From Octopus vulgaris (taxonomy: Eukaryota): a DNA stretch of 64,000 nucleotides. Under the pieces are notes generated by a model. The model saw nothing but the letters and a program-made list of their open reading frames with translations, did no database searches and was not told the origin of the DNA. The stretch is taken from NCBI GenBank assembly GCA_951406725.2, contig OX597814.1, positions 93,868,001-93,932,000 of the forward strand, written 5' to 3'. Position 1 is the first letter of the stretch. Every line of letters begins with the position of its first letter. The position numbers and the translations under genes are program-made. Of the stretch, positions 37,930-50,029 are shown piece after piece.

Positions 37930-38516
37930 AATATTAATCATATCAAAGGGAAATGGAATTTAATTAAAATTAAAATATTTAATCAAAATTTACATTTCCA
38001 GTGGTCTAACGTGCAAAAAAAAATTAGTCAAGAAGACTATATATTAGTCATACGATATAGTGCATATTTATACACATAAGTAATCCACTTTACGTGAAAT
38101 TCAACACATTACAAAGAACAGCTAGGTTCTGTAAACCACAAAATTAACGGATAAAATTCGACAGGAATAAATTTGGAAATGAAAAACATTTACCATCTAG
38201 TACTCGGGACCAAATTGGTTTCTGATCTTCTTTTAGCAAGTCAGGGGGAACTCACAAGGTCTGATCTTCTTCAGCAAGGTACAACCTAGGGTTAAACATA
38301 TTCAACAGGAGACAAACAAGGCTACTTGTCTCGTGTTCATACGAACTAACTTTTCAAATTTTCTGCGCAATCGCAGTCCAATCGCTGGCTACAATAAAAA
38401 CCGCCAACTTTAACCAAAAATTATCCAAAAAACTTACATTATTTAATCATATCAAAGGGAAAAGGAATTTAATTAAAATTAAAATATTTAATCAAAAATT
38501 ACATTTCCAGTGGTCC
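37930..38516. repeat. ~510-bp unit bounded by ~75-bp direct repeats
   Basis: ttaatcatatcaaagggaaa.ggaatttaattaaaattaaaatatttaatcaaaa.ttacatttccagtggtc occurs at ~37934 and ~38443. Confidence 0.75.
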
Positions 38517-38851
38517 TTAAAATACTAACTCACAGAAGCACAGAAAGATACGCGGATGGAAATAATCTAGTGTGAAAAACAGCATGTCGCATATGGTTAA
38601 GTTGAAAGGATATTTCTTTGACATCCGGTATTTTGCAAATCCAAGAGTATTCAAGGAGTAATTGGTGCGTTGATCGGTATAATGCTGGTGATAAAGATGA
38701 AACGAATGAATAGTTCGATATATAATAACTTGCGGTATCATATGATATGATACAGTAAGGTGTTTTTATAACTTAACACCTCTTCAGGTAATCTTCTTTT
38801 GGGAAGAATATTTGAAAATACAATGATTAATGTTCTGGTGCACTGATATAT

Positions 38852-39829
38852 TTAAGGTTTGCATGATGGAGAGGTTGTTCTGTGTAGAATATCTATCTCA
38901 TTTGTTTCTCGATTGCTTTTAGTATAAAAAGGGACACACCATACATAACCCCAACGCGTTCTGAAGGATTTTTTATTAGCTCGGATGATAGCATCGTTAC
39001 AGTATTTATTAGGATGCCCCCATCCTGCACCATTACCGTCTCTTGTTGTTTGATGAACAGCAGTCAGAGTGTGTGTAGTATCGATAATTGTTATATTTTG
39101 AGAATTTGCAAAATAGATCAACCAATTATCATACTTAATACGTCCAACAACGAAATCTAAGACTTGATGCCAAGGAAAGTGTTGATTTGTAATAAAATAA
39201 TCTATTGCTATGCCTTTCATCAAATGTCCGCTTTGAGCTATCTGAGGAATATCAGAAGTCAGAACGTATTTACGATTTGTAAAGTTTACATTTGTTCTTT
39301 GACCAACTATTAGTATAGGTTTATTTTGTGGTATCTTTTTCTTAATAGATTTCAGCGTATTGATAAGACTCTCATCGAAAAGAAGATCAGCATTTGCATA
39401 GCCATAAAAGTCGTAATCAGTAAAAGACGCAAGCACTTCAAGAATCATCGCTTTTAAAACTGGTATTTGACCGCAGGCAACTTTTGTAACATTCTGTATC
39501 TTCCAATTTTTTCTTAAATACTTATCCAGCCGACTGCTACTTACATTATCCGTGGGTATCGCTGATCTATATAATACAGGTTGTAATAATAATGGCCAAT
39601 TCCCCCATAAATGGGCTGTATTTTCATAAACTGGAAGTTTTTCTGGTGATAATTTCCACGTTGTGATAAGGACTAATAAAAACTTGGTTTCTCGCAACTG
39701 ATTAACGAGGCTTCTCTGTCTGTGTAATAGGCGCTCTTTTAAGTGTTTGTCTGTCAAAAGTATCCCCACAAACAAGAAGATTGTGATACTACCCATAATA
39801 AGATATTTTTTTCGAAGGAGCATGCCCAT
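38852..39829 (-). CDS. Uncharacterised type II membrane protein with a GT-A-like (glycosyltransferase-like) domain
   Basis: Intact 325-aa ORF with an N-terminal TM (YLIMGSITIFLFVGILL) after a basic tail. Motifs: YGYANADLLF, LIVGQRTN, IDYFIT, DFVVGRIKYDNWL, VHQT. A splice acceptor (ttttatttcag) lies immediately before the ATG. Confidence 0.75.
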   Translation of the reverse strand: MGMLLRKKYLIMGSITIFLFVGILLTDKHLKERLLHRQRSLVNQLRETKFLLVLITTWKLSPEKLPVYENTAHLWGNWPLLLQPVLYRSAIPTDNVSSSRLDKYLRKNWKIQNVTKVACGQIPVLKAMILEVLASFTDYDFYGYANADLLFDESLINTLKSIKKKIPQNKPILIVGQRTNVNFTNRKYVLTSDIPQIAQSGHLMKGIAIDYFITNQHFPWHQVLDFVVGRIKYDNWLIYFANSQNITIIDTTHTLTAVHQTTRDGNGAGWGHPNKYCNDAIIRANKKSFRTRWGYVWCVPFYTKSNRETNEIDILHRTTSPSCKP

Positions 39830-40023
39830 CTGAAATAAAAAAAATAATTAATATTAATATTAAATTTATTGATCATATGGATTTTTTCTATTAGCTTAAA
39901 TTTATCAAGTTTTAAAATTGAGTGGAAATTTGATGTATTAATGTAATTTTTCACACTGAATCTCAGGGCATAATAGTTTTGATCCAGAAATATATATATA
40001 TATACATGTATATATACACATCC

Positions 40024-40062
<39 letters not shown>

Positions 40063-40064
<2 letters not shown>

Positions 40065-41283
40065 CGAGGGGCGTTCAATAAGTAATGCCCCTGACCCACT
40101 TCCCATAGCAGTAGAGCAACGAAACTTGGCACAGTTATTAGTCTTTTTCTACATAGGAACCACCCAGAGTTACGCATTTCTCCCATTGCTTGATGCAGCT
40201 CTGGAGACCGTTTTTGTAGAAGACCCCAGCTTGGTCCTCCAACCACGACGTGACATCAGAAATCAAGGCTGCATCATCTGGGAAACGCTTTCCTTTCAAA
40301 AACAACTTCATGGCTGGGAAGAGGTGAAAATCAGAGGGTGCAAGGTCAGGAGAGTAGGGGGATGGGGGAGGAGTTCATAGCCACATGCCTGTGTTTCTGA
40401 TCTGGCGACACGCGAGTTGTAGACCGGAGCTTTGTCCTGCAGGAGGAGGATGCCTTTGCTGATCTTGCCTCGCCTCTTGATTTTGATAACTTCTCTTAAT
40501 TTCATCAAAAGTGAAGCATAATAGGCTCCTGTAAATGTGGTACCCTTTGCCAGGAAATCTGTCATCACTACTCCGTCCTGGTCCCAGAAGACTGTGAGCA
40601 CGACCTTGCCAGCGGAGGGCTGCACCCTTGCCTTCTTTGGAGGAGGTGAGTCACGGTGCTTCCACTGCTTTGACTGGGATTTGGTCTCTGGATCATAGTG
40701 ATGGACCCAGGTTTCATCCTGTGTAATCAGTCTTTTGAAAAAGTTTGACTCATCTTCTTGGTACGTCTCCAAATTCACCCTCGAGCACTCGACGAGTTCT
40801 TGCTTCTGGAAAGGTGTGAGCAACCTGGGAATCCATCTGGCAGACACCTTTTGCATATGCAAATGGTCATGAATGATAGTTTCCACAGACCCGGTGCTAA
40901 TCTTGACCTCATGGGCTATTTGGCGAATAATTATGCGTCGATCTTCCAAAATGGCAGCCTCAACTTGACGGACAGATGCCTCATCAATGGCAGAAGGGGC
41001 GACCAGATCTGGGAGCTGTTTCCACAGAGTTCCGACCATGTTTGAATTCACGATGCCAGCGTTTTACAAGGTCATATGATGGGGCATCATCACCATAAGT
41101 TACTTCCATTTCATCAAAAGTCTCCCGTGGTGTGCGTCCTTTCAAATACAAAAACCGGATCACTGCTCGACACTCAACAGGCTCCATTTCTCACTTGACT
41201 CTGTTCAAACACCTGTAAATCAGAAACCACAATTAATTCAGAGCTGTAATTTGCCACTTACTCTATAGAGATATAAATATATA
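40063..41283 (-). mobile_element. Mariner element with a frameshifted DD34D-type transposase
   Basis: TACGAGGG terminus. ORFs 40984-41187 and 40308-41051 give RAVIRFLYLKG, RWIPRLLT, ITQDETWVHHYDPE, VFWDQDG, LLQDKA, LPHPP. The other end is interrupted. Confidence 0.9.
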
Positions 41284-41285
41284 TA

Positions 41286-41640
41286 CAGTTGCGGCCAAAA
41301 TGTTCAGAATGGCATTCTTTTCATCAGAAAAGTAGGTATAAGTTTTTATCAAAGTTGTTTTATTCTTTATAATTTTCACAGACAATAAATACAATATTAT
41401 TTGTTATTGCCTGAGGTTTTGGTGTAATTTGAGAGTACAATACAAAAGTTATGGATGATTTAGTGATTTACTGCAAAACCTATGGCGGCCAAAATGATCA
41501 GAACGGTTGCTTTTACTCCGTGTTTTAGTATATTTAACCGGTGATGTCTAATGTTTTGAATTTGTTTACGTGACGGTTCGTTTACTATACATTAGTAAGA
41601 ATATCTGCAGTGTACTTTGTTAATATAATGCCACTTACTC
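41286..41640 (+). mobile_element. Left end of a Tc1-like IR/DR element
   Basis: TA-CAGTTGCGGCCAAAATGTTCAGAATGG, with an inner direct repeat GCGGCCAAAATGATCAGAACGG at ~41485. Confidence 0.6.
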
Positions 41641-41699
41641 CGTTACCAATTCGTCAGTAGCTTATTATACACACATATATATACATATACATATATGTA

Positions 41700-42032
41700 A
41701 TTTTGAAGATTTGGAAGCGGAAAACATTTTTTTAAATTGAGGAAGGGGAAAAAAGAAATTTACAATGTTTTTTTCAGAAAAATAATAACACATATATACA
41801 AAAAAAAAATAATAAATATGTATACCAATACATTATAATGTCTTAAGCTTTTAGTGTTCAATATTAGTCCATGGAAAAACTTATTTGAAAGTACTTTCAA
41901 ACAAGGAGCAAAGTGTAAAATCAAGACCAACTTCTCCTGTTCCTCCGAGAACCTCATCTACGTTCTCACATGCGCCAGTTTATCCCCTTCCTCAATTTAA
42001 AAAAAAATTTTCCCCTTCCAAATCTTGAAAAT
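41700..42032 (+). mobile_element. PLE GIY-YIG remnant between ~55-bp inverted repeats
   Basis: 41893-41976 encodes TFKQGAKCKIKTNFSCSSENLIYVLTCA, as in 54748-55203. The inverted repeat is 41701-41750 versus 41983-42031. Confidence 0.65.
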
Positions 42033-42180
42033 TTGCCTTGCAATGAAAGCCGGTTTGATTTTATTTTTCTTTTCTACTCTTTCATACACCCATTTTTATT
42101 AAAATTTACTCTCAATTTAGCATTCTGCCTTATTATAATTTTTCCTCTCTTATATATATGTATAAATACACACACACACA

Positions 42181-42242
<62 letters not shown>

Positions 42243-42347
42243 AATTCAGGGTGAGTACTTGATAATTGTAAGAACCTGTATATACCGTTTGGTGGTGTAG
42301 GTGGTGGAGTAAATTAATCAAAATAAAAACATGATGCCAAGGATTCA

Positions 42348-42423
42348 GCGGTACATATGTTTCGGGCCTTCATTAGACGGGTTTATAACAATGCATAATG
42401 TGTCTATGGCCTTCTTCAACCGC
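42348..42423 (-). ncRNA. Hammerhead motif, left-arm copy with an uncompensated C3U change
   Basis: GCGG UUGAAGA aGGCC...GGCCc GAAA C AUAU G UA CCGC. Confidence 0.6.
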
Positions 42424-45400
42424 GCACAACTACTACCTCAAGGACATGTATTACATCAAAAATTCTACGTTGGGGATGCAAATCCTCTCATTCGCGTACG
42501 ACATAATGCGGCAACAGCATAAAAATGAAGCGTCCATCTCGTCCTTCTCTCAATGTAGAATGAGGAAGTTTGGATGTTGAGGTAATATAAATAAATGAAT
42601 AAATAAATATATACATATATAAATACAGACAGACGTGAAGGAACCTGGTAATAAGAGCAAATAGGGATAAAGATGGAGGGCGAGAATTCAGAACGAAGGA
42701 TAAAAAAATATATAAAAAGTGTAAGTATAGAAAAATATAAAAATGTAGAGTATAAAGATATAAAGAGATATAAAAAAATATAAACAAATATAAATGAATA
42801 TAAAGGTATAAAGTTATAAAAAAATTAAAAATTTAAAAAATAAAAATATTATCAGAAGTATAAAGGGTATAAGAGTGTAGGAATGTAAAAGAATATAAGG
42901 ATAAGGGATATATAGTAGTTACGGTCCAAACATGGTGGTCAGGAAAATGACGAATTCTGGTTGTAGAAGCCTTGGGTGTCATAAATCAACCGGGGCGTCT
43001 GGGGACCTAGTGTATTGTAAATTAGAGTTGTTGAGCCGCTTATCTAGTTCTTCGTAACGTATTAAGTGGTCATCATGTACATACGTACACGCATGGATAC
43101 ATACACCCATATACACGCGCACATATACGCACGCATACGCAACTACACGCATACAAGCATACATAGTACTCTCGTGTAAACATATACAGATATATATGGA
43201 AAAAGGCGCATGTAGTTGGGTACACGAACCGACGCGCACACGTACGTACATACATACACTCACATGCGTTCATATAGGCACACTCGCACTTACACGCATG
43301 TACAAAACGAAGTGAATCTCTATGCGTGTGGGCAGGAATATGTATACACCTGCACTCGCGTCCACCCCCACGCACATGGGGGAGTAGATCCCTATGCCTA
43401 TACACAAAGGCATGCATATGCACAGACACAGGTATAACAAAAGGATCCGTTCTTGCACACGGGTAAGATACGGAGTCATAGTGGGTACATTAGGTAGACA
43501 TGAACGTAAGAAACTTGCGGGCAAAAGATTTTAACAGAATATGCATATATATACACGGACAATATACATATACATATATATATATATACACACACACACA
43601 TACGCATATATATATACACACATATATGTATATATATATATGTATATATATACATATACACATATATACACATATACATACACACACATACCCACACCCA
43701 TACCCGCACACGCAAATATATATATGTGTGCATACATACACATCCACGTGTACATACATACACGCATATATACATACACACGGACCCACGCACACGTATC
43801 CACACGCACACACACACACATCTGTGTGTCTATACGTGCGTGTGCATATACACTTACATACACATACACAGACACACACACATATAGGTATAGATATAAG
43901 ATATTAAAAGATGTATAAAAAATGTATATAAGAAATCTACAAAAGCATGTAAAAAAACGGACCCACGCACACGTATCTACACGCACACACACATACATCT
44001 GTGTGTCTATACGTGCGTGTACACATACACTTACATACACATACACAGACACACACACATATAGGTATAGATATAAGATATTAAAAGATGTATAAAAAAT
44101 GTATATAAGAAATCTACAAAAGCATGTAAAAAAAAAATTATTAAAAAAGTATAACGGGGGGGGGGGGTACACATATAAATACAGATATTTACTCATACAT
44201 ACACATACACATATATACATATACATACATACACAGACACACGTATAATCATAAAGCGGATACATAGATAAGTAAATAAGGAAAAAAGCTAAAAATAGAC
44301 ATATATAGAGATATAAATTGATAAAATAGGGGTAAACATAGGAGTAAGAATAAGGGTAAGAATAAAAATTAGAAATAAAAATAAGAAATAAAATATAAAA
44401 ATTAAAGTAAAGAATAAAAATAAAAATAAGAATAAAGATAAAATAAAATAAAGTGTTAAAGGTGACCACGTAGGGGCGGGCGGGGTATGTGTGTATATGT
44501 GTATATATATACATATATATACATATATATATATACATATATGTGTGTATATATATATGCGTATGTGTGTGTGTGTATATATATATATATATGTATATTG
44601 TCCGTGTATATATATGCATATTCTGTTAAAATCTTTTGCCCGCAAGTTTCTTACGTTCATGTCTACCTAATGTACCCACTATGACTCCGTATCTTACCCG
44701 TGTGCAAGAACGGATCCTTTTGTTATACCTGTGTCTGTGCATATGCATGCCTTTGTGTATAGGCATAGGGATCTACTCCCCCATGTGCGTGGGGGTGGAC
44801 GCGAGTGCAGGTGTATACATATTCCTGCCCACACGCATAGAGATTCACTTCGTTTTGTACATGCGTGTAAGTGCGAGTGTGCCTATATGAACGCATGTGA
44901 GTGTATGTATGTACGTACGTGTGCGCGTCGGTTCGTGTACCCAACTACATGCGCCTTTTTCCATATATATCTGTATATGTTTACACGAGAGTACTATGTA
45001 TGCTTGTATGCGTGTAGTTGCGTATGCGTGCGTATATATGCGCGTGTATATGGGTGTATGTATCCATGCGTGTACGTATGTACATGATGACCACTTAATA
45101 CGTTACGAAGAACTAGATAAGCGGCTCAACAACTCTAATTTACCATACACTAGGTCCCCAGACGCCCCGGTTGATTTATGACACCCAAGGCTTCTACAAC
45201 CAGAATTCGTCATTTTCCTGACCACCATGTTTGGTCCGTAACTACTATATATCCCTTATCCTTATATTCTTTTACATTCCTACACTCTTATACCCTTTAT
45301 ACTTCTGATAATTTTTTATTTTTTAAATTTTTTAAATTTTAAAATTTTAAAATTTTTTTATAACTTTATACCTTTATATTCATTTATATCTGTTTATATT

Positions 45401-45755
45401 TTTTTTATATCTCTTTATATCTTTATACTCTACATTTTTATATTTTTCTATACTTACACTTTTTATATATTTTTTTATCCTTCGTCCTGAATTCTCCCCC
45501 CTCCATCTTTATCCCTATTTGCTCTTATTACCAGGTTCCTTCACGTCTGTCTGTATTTATATATGTATATATTTATTTATTCATTTATTTTAATTACCTC
45601 AACATCCAAACTTCCTCATTCTACATTGAGAGAAGGACGAGATGGACGCTTCATTTTTATGCTGTTGCCGCATTATGTCGTACGCGAATGAGAGGATTTG
45701 CATCCCAAACGTAGAATTTTTGATGTAATACATGTCCTTGAGGTAGTAGTTGTGC

Positions 45756-45833
45756 GCGGCTGAAGAAGGCCATAGAGACACATTATGCATTGTTATAAAT
45801 CCGTCTAATAAAGGCCCGAAACATATGTACCGC
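45756..45833 (+). ncRNA. Minimal hammerhead ribozyme, right-arm copy
   Basis: GCGG CUGAAGA aGGCC...GGCCc GAAA C AUAU G UA CCGC. Helix III is the palindrome ACAUAUGU. Confidence 0.8.
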
Positions 45834-45866
45834 TGAATCCTTGGCATCATGTTTTTACTTTAATCA

Positions 45867-45954
<88 letters not shown>

Positions 45955-45956
<2 letters not shown>

Positions 45957-47392
45957 GACCTCACACATCAGCATGGTCATGGAACGAATAGTCAGAAGGA
46001 AGCTGATCACCTTCCTTGAAGAGAATGACTTGCTGGCCGACACCCAACATGGTTTCCGACCAGGGAGAAGCTGTTTAACTCAGCTCCTACAACACTATGA
46101 CTGGGTGCTGAAACGGCTGCTCAACCACTCAAATGTGGAAGTGATATATCTCGACTTTGCAAAGGCCTTTGATAAAGTCGATCATGGAATGATATGTCAC
46201 AAACTGCGTGATCTCAACATAGTTGGAAAACTGGGAGAATGGCTTCATGACTTTCTGAAGGATAGAAGTCAGGTGGTAGTAGCCAATGGGGCCACCTCCA
46301 TTAACACACAAATAGTGAGCGGTGTTCCGCAGGGCACTGTTCTGGGACTACTACTGTTCATAATGGCCCTCTCAGACATGCCCTCAGCCACGCAGAGAGC
46401 CACGATCACAAGTTATGCAGATGATACAAAAGTTTCACAGGCAATACAGAACCCTGAGGACACTAAACACCTGCAATGTGAGCTGGACGAAATATACAAG
46501 TGGGCTGAAAAGAATAGCATGCAGTTCAATGCTGGAAAGTTTCAAGCTTTATACTATCAGCATGCAAAACTGAATGCAATACCCAATGAATACACTGGAC
46601 CCGGAGGGATTGCAATCCCAGAGGCACAATCAGTGCGTGACCTGGGTATTCACATGAGTGATGACGCGACCTTTCATGTACATGTTGCTAAACTGACAAT
46701 GAAATGTAGACGGCTGGCTGGATGGATTCTTAGAACCTTTAGAACAAGAGAACAAGAAACCATGATGGTCCTCTGGAAGACACTTGTCCTAAGCCACTTT
46801 GACTATTGCTCTCAGCTATGGTCACCATCCAGTGTCAAGTTGATCACAGAACTTGAGGCAATCCAACGAAGCTACACAAAGAAGATAGCCTCTATGCAGA
46901 ATGTAAGCTACTGGGAAAGACTCAAGAGATTAAAATTATATTCCCTGGAGCGTAGGCGGGAAAGATATGCCATAATATACATCTGGAAGATCCTAGAGGG
47001 AAGTGTCCTGAACTTTGGCATCGAGAGTTACGCAAATGCCAGAACTGGGCGCCACTGCGTGGTGCCTAGGACTCCAAACCTGCCATCAAGATTCTGTGAT
47101 AGCCTGGGCTTCCGAGGCCCACAGCTCTTCAATATCCTCCCGAAGAACCTGAGAGACCTGCATGGGGTGGATACAGATGTCTTTAAAATGAAGCTGGATC
47201 TCTTCCTGTCAGGTGTCCCAGATGAACCAACTTCACGGCAGGAGGGGCAGATGAGGGCAGCTGCATCGAACTCTCTCATGCACCAAATAGCAGTTGCTAG
47301 AAAGCCTCCATGAAGTGAAACCAAGTAGCAACACCAAATGGCGGTGCCCCAGCATGGCCACAGCTCATAAGCTGAAACTAGAATCAATCAAT

Positions 47393-47395
<3 letters not shown>
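45955..47395 (+). mobile_element. 5'-truncated CR1-like LINE (second family): RT and 3'UTR
   Basis: From LTSHIS: QHGFRPGRSC, YLDFAKAFDKV, GVPQGTVLG, YADD, DYCSQLWSP. Tail ggcggtgccccagcatggcc...ctgaaac(aatc)n. (TA)n on both sides. Confidence 0.9.
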
Positions 47396-47434
<39 letters not shown>

Positions 47435-47435
47435 G

Positions 47436-47726
47436 TGGAGGCGCAATGGCCCAGTGGTTAGGGAAGCGGACTCGCGATCGCAGGATCGCAGTTTCGATTC
47501 CCAGACCGGGCGTTGTGAATGTTTATTGAGCGAAAACACCTAAAAGCTTCACGACGCTCCGGCAGGGGTTGGTGATCCCTGCTGTACTCTTTCACCACTC
47601 TTTCTTCTGTTGGCCTGCTCGCTTAGCCAACGGGGTGGCGTCATTCGAAGGCTAAAACAATGCGAACGCATTGTGACCAGCGATGTGTAACAATATCTGA
47701 TGGTCTGGTCGGTCACGGTGATCACG

Positions 47727-47730
<4 letters not shown>
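47436..47730 (+). mobile_element. tRNA-derived SINE (family D)
   Basis: tggcccagtgg A box, gtttcgattccc B box and a (cacggtgat)2 tail, inside (TA)n. Confidence 0.75.
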
Positions 47731-47772
<42 letters not shown>

Positions 47773-48030
47773 TATTCAGATATACACCTTCATGTATATA
47801 TGTATATATAGCTATATAGTTATATATATATATATGATTGATGATTTTGATGATTTTCCAGTTTCAGCTAATGTCCTTGAGGTAGTAGTATATAATTAAG
47901 AGAAATAATCTCTATGAAATAATTCAATTGATAGTGAAAGATATTATCTATATTGAATCGTGTAGAAAAATTTAAATATGTTATGATAAATATAATTCTA
48001 AAAATCACTAAATTAAATAAACATTAAATT

Positions 48031-48138
48031 GACTACGCGCGTTTCATGACTAGATCTCGATGACAATAAAAGTGATACGATTAAAATTCATTCGATTTAA
48101 AATTAATTACATTTAAAAATATAGCCACTCTTCAGGTC
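48031..48138 (-). ncRNA. Minimal hammerhead ribozyme with a long helix II insert
   Basis: Minus strand: GAC CUGAAGA GUGGCUA [~70 nt] UAGUCAU GAAA C GCGC G UA GUC. Helix II has 7 bp and helix III is palindromic. Confidence 0.8.
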
Positions 48139-48521
48139 TAAAATAATAAAATAAATGTATTTTAAGATATAATAATTATAGAAATATGCGTATCATAACA
48201 ATAAATAATAGAATAACATGTGACAATATTGATGAAAAATATAATCATAACTTATATTATTGAAGAATACCAGTTAGCTGAAATTTTAAACGTTAAACTC
48301 AGAACCTAGCGTTGCTAAGAAATTTATCACGTGAAAACATGACGTAAATAATAACTATAGAATAAATAAATAGAAATATGTATGTTAGCTGTTAAAATAA
48401 CAATATGTATTTTAGCTGTGAAAATAAGAAATAAACTAGATGTAATATACCATTAATGGAGAAATTCTAAATTCTCAATAGGATACATTCGAAGGAATTC
48501 AAGGAAGGAGAGGAAGCGGAG

Positions 48522-48620
48522 AAAGAAGAAGAAGAAGAAGAAGAAGAAGAAGAAGAAGAAGAAGAAGAAGAAGAAGAAGAAGAAGAAGAAGAAGAAGAAG
48601 AAGAAGAAGAAGAAGAAGAA
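48522..48620. repeat. (GAA)n microsatellite
   Basis: Seen directly. Confidence 0.95.
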
Positions 48621-48989
48621 AACAAAAGAAAAATATAATCAGCAATTCAACCGAGAGCGGCGACTACTACAGACCAACGACCAAAAAAGACTGCTAGAAG
48701 AGAAAGAGGAAAAAAGGCATAATAGCCGTTTATACTAAAGATTCCGAACTAAACAGAGACAGTCATTGATAAAGACTGCACAAAAAATTGACGAAATTTC
48801 GGATAAATTTACCAACTATAGTATGTATGAAGTCTCAAATAAGACTCATAGAATTTTACAGAACAAATATCGTAAGACAGTATTTCCAATGAGAATGGAC
48901 TTTAATAAGTTCTATATTTCATGGATTACCGCCCCGATCTCGCGAGAAAAATTCAAATTGAAAAGGAAAATCATATTTATGGCTATTCA

Positions 48990-49797
48990 CAATGGTCTTT
49001 TGAATGTATGTGGCCTGATGTCGAACTGGAAGCAGGGACACTTCCTAAACGACATCAGTTTACGGGATTTAGATGTAATTGTTGCTACAGAAACCTGGTT
49101 GAGAGAGCCAAGAGATCTGCTCACCCTCCTGGACGGCTACGGGAATTAGTTACTTCAGATGGTGGTACGTCCTAAAACGAGCCATAAAATATGAGTCTAT
49201 TAGATAAAGCATAGGTCTAGTTAAAAGGGAACGTAAGAAAAGAAATGGTCTAGTTAAGAATTTAGAGGAAGTCCTCAGGACTGGCAAGGCGTACAATTGG
49301 CTGTGAAGGAATCAAGGCCACTGGATGGGCCCGAGCGGCGGAAGCTCAACGTTGAAATAACTCCACTATTCGGTCTATGGTGAATCATCAAGGTGTATTC
49401 GTAAAGGAACTCGAGGAGATGTGTGAGGCCTTTCAGGAGTAATTCGCCTGGCTGTTCGGGGGTGGCGCCTGGCCGGATGGTAGAGAATACCTTGAGGACT
49501 TCCTTGCCGGTTTACCGCGCATCTCAGGGCCGCATGCGGAGTCTTGTGAAGGGCCGATCATGCATGGGGAGGTGATTGAGGCTATGGCGGACTGTCGGCG
49601 TGAGTAAGTTGCTGGGACTGGATGGTCTTCTCAACGAGCTGTATAAGTGTATGCCAGACTTGTTCGGGTACCTACTGGCCAATGTGTACGTGAACTGGTA
49701 ACAGACTGGGTTTATTCCCAGATCTGTACGGCGGGGAATGGTGACACTGGTCAGAAAGGACCCGGACAAGGACTGTTTAGATAATTTCAGGCTCATA
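48990..49797 (+). mobile_element. Decayed Tx1-like ORF2 pieces
   Basis: LNVCGLMSNWKQGHFLNDI...VATETWL, and the MPDLFG..LANVYVNW..KDPDK region are homologous to 8879-12274. Confidence 0.7.
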
Positions 49798-49955
49798 GGA
49801 AGATTCGTCCGAGAAAATATCATTCCTCCACTGCTCGAGGGACCAATTCTGTAGGTTTTACTCCACTCTAAACGCTTTGCAACGTTTGATTTTGAAAGTG
49901 GTGCTTTTCTGATTGCAGTCCTCCCGCGAAATCCGGCTTTGTGCAGCTCCCTGTT
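49798..49955 (-). mobile_element. Tc1 transposase fragment
   Basis: RELHKAGFRGRTAIRKAPLSKSNVAKRLEW, followed by an IFS-D-like motif. Confidence 0.65.
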
Positions 49956-50029
49956 TAATTCATGTGAAGGAATACAACAGGGACGGTAAGACAAATGATT
50001 TGTAAAGAGTCAGCTTTGTATTCTTATTT

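Larger units (their letters stand above)
42315..45866. mobile_element. ORF-less element with ~1.37-kb inverted arms, each ending in an HHR (non-autonomous PLE-like)
   Basis: Arms are 42315-43692 and 44483-45866, and the ORF track shows mirror ORFs. The spacer holds a ~178-bp tandem duplication. (TA)n flanks both sides. Confidence 0.85.

Noticed and set aside
42315-45866. Large inverted repeat as a pure assembly fold-back artefact
   Set aside because: The arms differ at multiple substitutions and have distinct outer flanks and a unique spacer. Reads are still needed to exclude an artefact fully.
45841-45955. N-terminal extensions of ORFs 45841-47313 and 59163-60281
   Set aside because: These read through flanking (TA)n, and the elements are 5'-truncated.
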